DNA of 32,000 nucleotides from Gammaproteobacteria bacterium (GTDB lineage Bacteria; Pseudomonadota; Gammaproteobacteria; JBIOEC01): NCBI GenBank assembly GCA_965279305.1, contig OZ257143.1, positions 1,770,001 to 1,802,000 of the forward strand, read 5' to 3'. Shown piece by piece: positions 23,849 to 30,476 of this stretch (position 1 is its first letter; each line of letters starts with the position of its first letter). The notes under the pieces were generated by a model. It saw only the letters and a program-made list of their open reading frames with translations, ran no database searches and was not told where the DNA came from. The position numbers and the translations under genes were made by a program.

Positions 23849-23902
23849 AAGCGCGGCTTTGCCAGGCTAAGCATCAATAAAAAGGAATGGAGCGAAGCGT
23901 AA

Positions 23903-23989
23903 TGGTGCCCGGGGCCGGAATCGAACCGGCATGAGGAAAACCTCGAGGGATTTTAAGTCCCTTGCGTCTACCTGTTCCGCCACCCGGGC
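23903..23989 (-). tRNA. leuZ: tRNA-Leu (anticodon UAA)
   Basis: The reverse complement GCCCGGGTGGCGGAACAGGTAGACGCAAGGGACTTAAAATCCCTCGAGGTTTTCCTCATGCCGGTTCGATTCCGGCCCCGGGCACCA folds as a cloverleaf with a long variable arm, anticodon loop CTTAAAA and encoded CCA. Confidence 0.95.
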
Positions 23990-24004
23990 GTAAAGGGGAT
24001 AATA

Positions 24005-24078
24005 TGGAGGCTAGGGACGGAATTGAACCGACGTACGCGGCTTTGCAGGCCGCTGCATAACCACTCTGCCACCTAGCC
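24005..24078 (-). tRNA. cysT: tRNA-Cys (anticodon GCA)
   Basis: The reverse complement GGCTAGGTGGCAGAGTGGTTATGCAGCGGCCTGCAAAGCCGCGTACGTCGGTTCAATTCCGTCCCTAGCCTCCA has a 7-bp acceptor stem, anticodon loop CTGCAAA and T-loop TTCAATT. Confidence 0.95.
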
Positions 24079-24121
24079 GTAATCAATGCTGTCCTCTGCC
24101 CATACTCTGAGCAAACACTAA

Positions 24122-24197
<76 letters not shown>

Positions 24198-24257
24198 AAA
24201 GAATACGCATTTTAACGATCAGGGTTCAATGTGTCAACGACAATGTGACTTAGGCGA

Positions 24258-24836
24258 CTAATACCAGAGATCTTTCCATGCCAGCTTGAGGTAAATAATC
24301 ATGGTCCACAGGGTCAGTCCTGCTGCTAAATAGAGGAATACATAACCTAAAGACAGGATAGTTTGTTGGAAAAAGCTGGCGCTGGCTGGATCATTTAACA
24401 GCAATAAAAAAATAGCCGCCATTTGCATCATGGTTTTATATTTGGCAATAGTGCTTACAGCAACATTCGCTCTTTTACCTAATTCCGCCATCCATTCACG
24501 TAAAGCCGATACTACAATTTCTCGGCATACAATCACCAATGCAGGAATGGTTAACCAAGGATAAGGATCTTGAGACACTAGCAACATTAACGCAACCGCC
24601 ACAATTAATTTATCGGCGACGGGATCAATAAAAGCACCAAACTTCGACATTTGATCTAATTTACGAGCGAGGTAACCATCCAACCAATCTGTCACCCCCG
24701 CTAGTGCAAAAATACATGCGCAAATAAGATGCTTGGCAGGAATCGGCGCGTAAAATAATATAACCAATACTGGAATCAAGACGATTCGAAGCAAGCTAAG
24801 CACATTAGGAATATTGAGTGAAGATTTAGAAGCCAC
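24258..24836 (-). CDS. pgsA: CDP-diacylglycerol--glycerol-3-phosphate 3-phosphatidyltransferase
   Basis: CDP-alcohol phosphatidyltransferase motif DWLDGYLARKLDQMSKFGAFIDPVADK. I chose the GTG at 24836 because GGAGA lies 6 nt upstream and the resulting 192 aa matches the typical PgsA length. The ORF track extends to an ATG at 24875. Confidence 0.9.
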   Translation of the reverse strand: MASKSSLNIPNVLSLLRIVLIPVLVILFYAPIPAKHLICACIFALAGVTDWLDGYLARKLDQMSKFGAFIDPVADKLIVAVALMLLVSQDPYPWLTIPALVIVCREIVVSALREWMAELGKRANVAVSTIAKYKTMMQMAAIFLLLLNDPASASFFQQTILSLGYVFLYLAAGLTLWTMIIYLKLAWKDLWY

Positions 24837-24883
24837 AATATATCTCCATATAAATGTATAAAAAGAATAACCCATGACGGATA

Positions 24884-26725
24884 CTAACGCAACGCTTGGT
24901 AAATTTTCTTAGCCAGTTCTTCGCTAATCCCTGGTACTTTTGCTATTTCTTCTACACTCGTGCGTTTAAGCTCCGTGATCCCGCCAAACGCTTGCAGTAA
25001 AAGTTGACGGCGCTTTTTACCCACCCCGGGAATAGTTTCTAATGCAGACACTACGCGTTTTTTAGCGCGTTGCTTGCGATGCCCAGTAATCGCAAAATGA
25101 TGAGCTTGATCTCGAATTTGTTGTAAAGCATGAAGCACGGGTGAATCAGACGCCAACACCACCGGTAATTTTTTGCCTGAAAAATATAATTCTTCTAACC
25201 CAGGTTTACGGCTAGCACCTTTGGCAATAGACATTAGCACCTGAGGTTTTTTTCCTAAAGCCTCAAATACTTTTTCAGCTGTATGCAACTGCCCTTTTCC
25301 ACCATCAATAATGACAACATCGGGAAATGGAGTTTCACTTTCGAGTAAACGGGTATAACGGCGCTGTAACGCTTGCGCTAACGCCGCATAATCATCACCG
25401 GGTGCAATATCTGTCATATCAATATTAAATCGGCGATACGCGCGTTTGCTCGCACCCTGCGAATCAAACACCACACACGACACGACGGTGGCTTCACCCA
25501 TAGTATGACTAGCATCAAAACATTCAATTCGCTGAAGTTCTTTATCAAGCTTTAACCATTCTTGCAATGCGGCCCATCGTTCTTGCCAATGCAAAAGACT
25601 CGCTAAGCGGCTATTAAGCGCTTGCTCTGCATTTTGAATACCCATGGTTAATAATTGTGCTTGCTCGCCTCTAGGGTGCTCTAAAATTTTTACGGCATGT
25701 TTAGAGATTTTACTTAAGCTCACTGAAATTAATTCTTTTTCAGGCAGAGGATGGCTAATTAAAATAGTGGTAGGAATACTTTGTGGATTTTCAAAATTAA
25801 GATAGTACTGCTCCATCACACTTTGCAAAATATCACCAGGCTCTTGCTCTAAGGGTGCGGTGATCCAAAAAGGTCTATTACCCAACAATTGCCCCCCACG
25901 AATTGATAATAATTGCACACAGGCTTGGCCTAATTTAAATGAAATAGCAAACACATCGCATTCTTTATCGCCATGCGTAATATATTGCTGAGTTTGCACA
26001 TGACGTAGGCTAGCCACTTGATCACGATAAAGTGCTGCTTGTTCAAAATCTTTATTTTCGCTAGCCTCCATCATTTTAGTAGCCAAATCATCAATCACTT
26101 GCTGGTTTTTACCTTGAAGAAATAAACGGGTATGTGTCACATCAAGTTGATAGTCTTTTTCGTCTATATAGCCCACACAAGGCGCTGTACAGCGTTTTAA
26201 TTGATATTGAAGGCAAGGCCTAGTGCGATTACTAAAAAAGTTCTCGTTGCATTGGCGCAAACGAAATATTTTATGCAATAAATTTAAGCTTTCTCTGGCA
26301 GATCCCGAACTGGTATAAGGCCCAAAATATTCGCCGGCTTCCAGTTTTTGGCCTCTGCGTAATTCCAGCCTAGGAAATTTAGGGTGCGCTGAAATATAAA
26401 TATAAGGATAACTTTTATCATCTCTTAATAGGATATTGTACTTAGGGCGGTTTTTTTGAATTAACGCGTGCTCAAGCAAAAGTGCTTCGCTTTCACTTTG
26501 AGTAACGGTTACATCAATACTCGTTACATGAGTCATTAGCGCTTGAGTTTTAGGCGGTAAAGAGTGAGGCGAACGTACATAGCTAGTAATGCGTTTACGT
26601 AAGTTCCGCGCTTTTCCTACGTATAAAATATGGCCGTGTTCATCCAACATACGATAAACACCAGGATGTTCGGTGATCGTACGCACATATTCTTGCAGAG
26701 ATGTTAATGGTTTATTTTTTGGCAT
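24884..26725 (-). CDS. uvrC: excinuclease ABC subunit C
   Basis: 613 aa. N-terminal GIY-YIG (GVYRMLDEHGHILYVGKARNLRKR), a UVR domain region, an RNase H-like endonuclease domain, and a C-terminal (HhH)2 (IPGVGKKRRQLLLQAFG...AKVPGISEELAKKIY). Confidence 0.96.
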   Translation of the reverse strand: MPKNKPLTSLQEYVRTITEHPGVYRMLDEHGHILYVGKARNLRKRITSYVRSPHSLPPKTQALMTHVTSIDVTVTQSESEALLLEHALIQKNRPKYNILLRDDKSYPYIYISAHPKFPRLELRRGQKLEAGEYFGPYTSSGSARESLNLLHKIFRLRQCNENFFSNRTRPCLQYQLKRCTAPCVGYIDEKDYQLDVTHTRLFLQGKNQQVIDDLATKMMEASENKDFEQAALYRDQVASLRHVQTQQYITHGDKECDVFAISFKLGQACVQLLSIRGGQLLGNRPFWITAPLEQEPGDILQSVMEQYYLNFENPQSIPTTILISHPLPEKELISVSLSKISKHAVKILEHPRGEQAQLLTMGIQNAEQALNSRLASLLHWQERWAALQEWLKLDKELQRIECFDASHTMGEATVVSCVVFDSQGASKRAYRRFNIDMTDIAPGDDYAALAQALQRRYTRLLESETPFPDVVIIDGGKGQLHTAEKVFEALGKKPQVLMSIAKGASRKPGLEELYFSGKKLPVVLASDSPVLHALQQIRDQAHHFAITGHRKQRAKKRVVSALETIPGVGKKRRQLLLQAFGGITELKRTSVEEIAKVPGISEELAKKIYQALR

Positions 26726-26776
26726 TTGGATAACGACATGTAAAATCGTGTGTCGGTAAATGGGTGTAGGCAGTGT

Positions 26777-27514
26777 CTATTCTTTAGAATCGTGCTCTTC
26801 AAATTCATCGTCTCTAGAAAAAGAGGTTTTGTTTTGGCTCTGATTTTGATTATTCGGTGTGCGGCTTTCTAAAGCCCACTCGCTATCAATCATGCCATGA
26901 CGCATGGCTAAATGAGTTAACTCTACGTCATTGCTCACTTGTAATTTTTCGAACAAGCGATAACGATAGCTATTAATAGTTTTAGGGCTTAAATACAACT
27001 GCTCAGAAATTTCTTGTACTTTTCGGCCAGTGGTGATCATTAACATCACTTGTAGCTCACGTTCTGATAATAAATCAAAAGGTGATTCTTCTTGATCAGT
27101 TACATGTTTAAGCGCTAATTGTTGCGCTACTTCAGGACTAATATATCGTTGACCTGAACACACGGTACGAATGGCATGAACCATTTCGTCTAGGCTTGAT
27201 CCTTTGGTAATGTAGCCCGCGGCCCCAGCTTGAAGGAGGCGGGAGGGATAAGGTTCATCACCATACACTGTAACGGCAATAATTTTAACATCAGGTTGTA
27301 TCCTCAAAATTTTTCGTGTCGCTTCTAAACCACCAATTCCGGGCATTTTGACATCCATTAGAACGACATCTGGCTGAAGCTCGCGAGATAACCGTACGGC
27401 GTCTTCTCCATTACGCGCTTCACCGACTACTTTTAGACCTTTTACATCGGTCAGTAGACGACGAATTCCCACGCGAACTAAGTCATGGTCATCGACAATC
27501 AATACATTTATCAA
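26777..27514 (-). CDS. gacA: two-component response regulator of the GacA/UvrY/LetA family (receiver plus LuxR-type HTH)
   Basis: INVLIVDDHDLVRVGIRRLL...VLMDVKMPGIGG receiver and LSERELQVMLMITTGRKVQEISEQLYLSPKTINSYRYRLFEKL HTH. Its position upstream of uvrC matches E. coli uvrY. I chose the TTG at 27514 because GGAGGA lies 6 nt upstream and it gives the UvrY-like N-terminus (M)INVL. The ORF-track ATG is at 27538. Confidence 0.9.
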   Translation of the reverse strand: MINVLIVDDHDLVRVGIRRLLTDVKGLKVVGEARNGEDAVRLSRELQPDVVLMDVKMPGIGGLEATRKILRIQPDVKIIAVTVYGDEPYPSRLLQAGAAGYITKGSSLDEMVHAIRTVCSGQRYISPEVAQQLALKHVTDQEESPFDLLSERELQVMLMITTGRKVQEISEQLYLSPKTINSYRYRLFEKLQVSNDVELTHLAMRHGMIDSEWALESRTPNNQNQSQNKTSFSRDDEFEEHDSKE

Positions 27515-27546
27515 GGAATTTCCTCCGCATACAGCCAACTTAAGAA

Positions 27547-27575
27547 AGTATAAGACTCTGTGTTACCTGACACAA
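27547..27575 (-). promoter_or_regulatory. candidate sigma70 promoter of the gacA-like gene
   Basis: On the minus strand: -35 TTGTGT (27575-27570), 17-nt spacer, -10 TATACT (27552-27547). The inverted repeat TGTGT-N6-ACACA (27559-27574) overlaps the -35 and spacer. The predicted start near 27540 argues against the ATG at 27538. Confidence 0.4.
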
Positions 27576-27631
27576 GCCATTTTCTTATAGTGGGATATTT
27601 AGTACAAAAATTTAGCACTTTCAAATATAGA

Positions 27632-27754
27632 GGAGAGACAGGGAGTGACTCGCGCCATCCCTGGCGCTCGCCCTAACGGGCGCGCTTTGCGCGTCCAAAA
27701 CGGCAATCCTGCCGTTTTGTCGAACCCTCCATCGGGAAGTTCGAATCTTCCACA
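27632..27754. ncRNA. GC-rich multi-hairpin element of unknown function (candidate small RNA; minus-strand reading exposes GGA motifs in loops)
   Basis: Hairpins at 27652-27667 (GCGCCA/TGGCGC), 27678-27696 (8 bp), 27696-27719 (10 bp) and 27735-27751 (GGAAG/CTTCC), plus a weak 3-bp stem at 27725-27736. The element is strongly GC-rich in an AT-rich intergenic region and has no ORF. Strand and transcript ends are undetermined. Confidence 0.4.
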
Positions 27755-27797
27755 AAGATTTAAATAAATAGCCTAAAAGGCTATTTATTTAAATCTT
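27755..27797. terminator. perfect 19-bp AT-rich hairpin abutting the 3' end of tRNA-Ser (possible bidirectional terminator or processing site)
   Basis: AAGATTTAAATAAATAGCC-TAAAA-GGCTATTTATTTAAATCTT. The stem is U-rich on both strands, but it has no GC-rich base and no separate U-tract. Confidence 0.45.
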
Positions 27798-27887
27798 GGC
27801 GGAGAGACAGGGATTCGAACCCTGGGAGGGGGGACGCCCCTCAACGGTTTTCAAGACCGCCGCATTCAACCGCTCTGCCATCTCTCC
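27797..27887 (-). tRNA. tRNA-Ser (anticodon UGA)
   Basis: The reverse complement GGAGAGATGGCAGAGCGGTTGAATGCGGCGGTCTTGAAAACCGTTGAGGGGCGTCCCCCCTCCCAGGGTTCGAATCCCTGTCTCTCCGCCA has a 7-bp acceptor stem, a long variable arm, anticodon loop CTTGAAA and encoded CCA. Confidence 0.95.
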
Positions 27888-27988
27888 AATAACTGCCCGT
27901 ATTCTATATCTTTTCGCCTATCCTATCTACCCCAATTTGTCTATTGAGTTGCCAACTTTAACTCACCCAGAAAAAATCTGCAATTACC

Positions 27989-28948
27989 TCAAAACTGAAA
28001 ACCGGACTGTTTTGTCAGTGTTTCGGCAAAAGTGGCTCCTAAACGCATGGCAAACATATCAAAAAAGTTTACGGGAGGATTAAAACTCACAATATCATCC
28101 ACTCCTACTAACTCTCTTGCTACATAATGAGCATCACCTAAACCATCAACCAATCCCAATTTTTCAGCTTGTTCGCCTGTCCAAATTAAGCCGCTAAAAA
28201 TCTCAGGGTTATCCGCTAAGCGATCCCCTCTTCCTTCTTTCACCGCCGTAATAAATTGTTGATAAACACTATCAATTAAACCATGCGCAAAAGTGAGATC
28301 GTGTTGGCTCATGGGAGAAAAAGGATCTAACATACCTTTATGCTCACCTGCGGTAATCAATCGGCGTTCTACTCCCAATTTTTTCATACCTTCCACAAAA
28401 CCAAAACTATCAATCATCACCCCAATCGATCCCACAATACTGGCACGGTTGGCATAAATTTCATCAGTAGCCGCAGCAATATAATAAGCGGCTGATGCAG
28501 CCATTTCATCCACCACTGCATACACTTTGATATCCGGGTGAAGTTTTCGTAAACGCATCACTTCATCGTAAACACGTCCAGACTCTACCGCACTACCACC
28601 GGGACTATTAATTCGTAAAATAACAGCCGTGGTGCCGGCATTATCATAAGCCTCTGTAAGTGCAGCGATAATACTATCCGCATTACTGGCAATCGCTTCT
28701 GCCGCAATAAGACCATCAATATTAATTTGTGCTACATGTCGAGTATTAGAATGAATGGGAGGTGATGCAGGGCGAAATAATAAACTCACCACAAAAAGAA
28801 ACAGACTTAAATAAACCAATCTAAAAAAAATCCGCCAACGACGGGTTCTTCTTTGCTCGACAATAGAAGCATGCAATACCTTCTCTAACGATTCATGCTC
28901 CAAATCCTTTGCTGACTGGCCTGTTCTCATGATAATGATTCCTTTCAT
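27989..28948 (-). CDS. sppA: S49-family signal peptide peptidase (SppA 36K type / SohB-like)
   Basis: 319 aa. N-terminal TM segment (FFRLVYLSLFLFVVSLLF) and a ClpP/crotonase-like S49 core (VILRINSPGGSAVES...ASAAYYIAAATDEIYANRASIVGSIGV...GEHKG). The alternative start ATG at 28930 has an AAGGAA RBS. Confidence 0.85.
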   Translation of the reverse strand: MKGIIIMRTGQSAKDLEHESLEKVLHASIVEQRRTRRWRIFFRLVYLSLFLFVVSLLFRPASPPIHSNTRHVAQINIDGLIAAEAIASNADSIIAALTEAYDNAGTTAVILRINSPGGSAVESGRVYDEVMRLRKLHPDIKVYAVVDEMAASAAYYIAAATDEIYANRASIVGSIGVMIDSFGFVEGMKKLGVERRLITAGEHKGMLDPFSPMSQHDLTFAHGLIDSVYQQFITAVKEGRGDRLADNPEIFSGLIWTGEQAEKLGLVDGLGDAHYVARELVGVDDIVSFNPPVNFFDMFAMRLGATFAETLTKQSGFQF

Positions 28949-28962
28949 TAGCTGACAGATAT

Positions 28963-29910
28963 TTAATTATCTAATGATTGTAGCACACCGATTAACTCAT
29001 CATCTAGCGGCGCTGTAAAAGTTTGCCGTTTACTTGAATTGCTACCGGGTAAAACTAATTGCAATTCATGCGCATGTAAAAAAATGCGTCGCAAACCATG
29101 TTGCTTCATTTTTTGGTTAAATGTTTTATCACCATATTTTTCATCGCCTGCGATAGGATGATCAGAATAAGCCGCATGCACACGAATTTGATGAGTACGC
29201 CCGGTGACAATACGCGCCTCTACCATACTGGCATCATGAAAACATTTTTTCACTTGGAAATACGTCAGCGCATCTTTGCCTTCTTCATCCACACGCACCA
29301 TACGCTCTCCTGAACGTAATTGATTCTTTTGCAAGGGTTGATTCACCTGTTGCAAACGTTTAGGCCAATGGCCTTTAACTAAAATAGTGTAAGTTTTAGA
29401 AATCTCATGCTCTCTTAATGCCTCATGCAACTCTCTCAATACCGATTTCTTCTTGGCAATCAACAGACAACCCGATGTGTCTCGGTCTAAACGATGCACT
29501 AATTCTAATGAGTGTTTAGGATAGAGCTGTCTTAATGCTTCTATGACGCCATATTGAACACCACTCCCCCCATGCACCGCTATTCCCGAAGGTTTATTTA
29601 AAATAATTAAGCCTTCATCTTCATAGATAATACGCTCTGCCAATTTATCCAGTTGTTTGGTATGTACCTGAGGAATAGCCTGCTCAGGGTTTTGGCTAAC
29701 GGGCGGCACTCGCAGCACATCACCCGCTTGAAGCTTGTAGTCGGGCTTTATTCTTTTCTTATTAACCCTGACCTCTCCCTTACGAACTAAGCGGTAGATC
29801 CGGCTACGAGGAATGGTTTTGAGGAAATTGAGCAAAAAATTATCAACGCGCTGCCCAGCATCTTCAGATGTAATATCAACCTGTCGCACACCATGTTTAA
29901 TCGATTCCAT
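28963..29910 (-). CDS. rluC: 23S rRNA pseudouridine synthase, RluA family (RluC-like)
   Basis: 315 aa. N-terminal S4 RNA-binding domain (GQRVDNFLLNFL...SRIYRLVRKGEVRVNKKR), catalytic motif HRLDRDTSGCLL and a downstream GRTHQIRVH. It is divergent from rne, as in E. coli. Confidence 0.88.
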   Translation of the reverse strand: MESIKHGVRQVDITSEDAGQRVDNFLLNFLKTIPRSRIYRLVRKGEVRVNKKRIKPDYKLQAGDVLRVPPVSQNPEQAIPQVHTKQLDKLAERIIYEDEGLIILNKPSGIAVHGGSGVQYGVIEALRQLYPKHSLELVHRLDRDTSGCLLIAKKKSVLRELHEALREHEISKTYTILVKGHWPKRLQQVNQPLQKNQLRSGERMVRVDEEGKDALTYFQVKKCFHDASMVEARIVTGRTHQIRVHAAYSDHPIAGDEKYGDKTFNQKMKQHGLRRIFLHAHELQLVLPGSNSSKRQTFTAPLDDELIGVLQSLDN

Positions 29911-29927
29911 GAACCTAACCCCTAAAA

Positions 29928-29956
29928 TTGAGCAACTTGCTATTATATGTTATACT
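29928..29956 (+). promoter_or_regulatory. candidate strong sigma70 promoter of rne
   Basis: -35 TTGAGC (29928-29933), 17-nt spacer, extended -10 TGtTATACT (29948-29956). Confidence 0.55.
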
Positions 29957-29962
29957 GAGGCT

Positions 29963-30476
29963 TAACTTATTGATAGATAAAATTATTATCTTTGATTAAT
30001 CATCCCGTTAAGGGATTTAGAACAACTGTTTTTTTATACAGATTTTAACAAATAAGGGGTTTCGCTGATAAGGGTATGAGCGGAACGAGTTTAAATAATA
30101 CGATAGTGGTGAGATAAGAACACTATCCGAACAGCACCTAAGTGAATAGGTGATTTAACTGATAACCCATTAATAAATATCCGTGTACGAATCGTAAAAA
30201 AACGCAGGGCTGAAAAAATATTTTCTCCTGCCATTATACCAATACATACGATTGAGTATTTACGGAAATGGAAAAATGCTTAAAATGATAACGATCATCG
30301 GCAAAAAATCTATTGTATTCCACCGTTGGAATCAATAACTTCTTTCACGTTTTAACACGTGAAAAGCCGCGCATTCGTCAGTGCAAATCTCCCACTCCTC
30401 AGTCTACGCTGTTTAGATCCTGTTCGGCTTTATATCAAAGTCATTCTCGCCGCTTCACATAAGCGGAATATATTTT
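29963..30476 (+). promoter_or_regulatory. long structured 5' leader of rne (candidate autoregulatory UTR)
   Basis: About 510 nt with no ORF between the predicted promoter and the rne ATG. Several hairpins: GATAGTG...CACTATC (30101-30128), CACCTA-AGTGAA-TAGGTG (30135-30152), TCACGT-TTTAAC-ACGTGA (30346-30363) and CCGCTT-CACAT-AAGCGG (30450-30466) just before the start. Confidence 0.55.

Noticed and set aside
18780-23850. Calling the accessory patch a mobile element
   Set aside because: No integrase, transposase, conjugation or phage gene is present, and there are no terminal inverted repeats. Only the direct repeats and atypical composition support an island origin, so it is reported as a finding and not annotated as a mobile_element feature.
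27003-27016. TCAGAAATTTCTTG, resembling the LetA-box consensus (TNAGAAATTTCTNA) as I recall it for Legionella rsmY/rsmZ promoters
   Set aside because: It lies inside the gacA-like coding sequence (encoding QEISEQL), is a single occurrence with one mismatch, and has no downstream sRNA-like region. It is most likely coincidental.
27735-27751. T-arm-like motif GGAAG-TTCGAAT-CTTCC suggesting an extra tRNA or tRNA-Sec
   Set aside because: No matching acceptor stem, D-arm or anticodon arm can be built around it on either strand. I treat it as one hairpin of the GC-rich element or as a tRNA-derived fragment.
27796-28083. 95-aa plus-strand ORF in the supplied track
   Set aside because: It starts on the antisense strand of tRNA-Ser and runs into the 3' end of sppA on the opposite strand. 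It has no RBS and no recognisable protein features.
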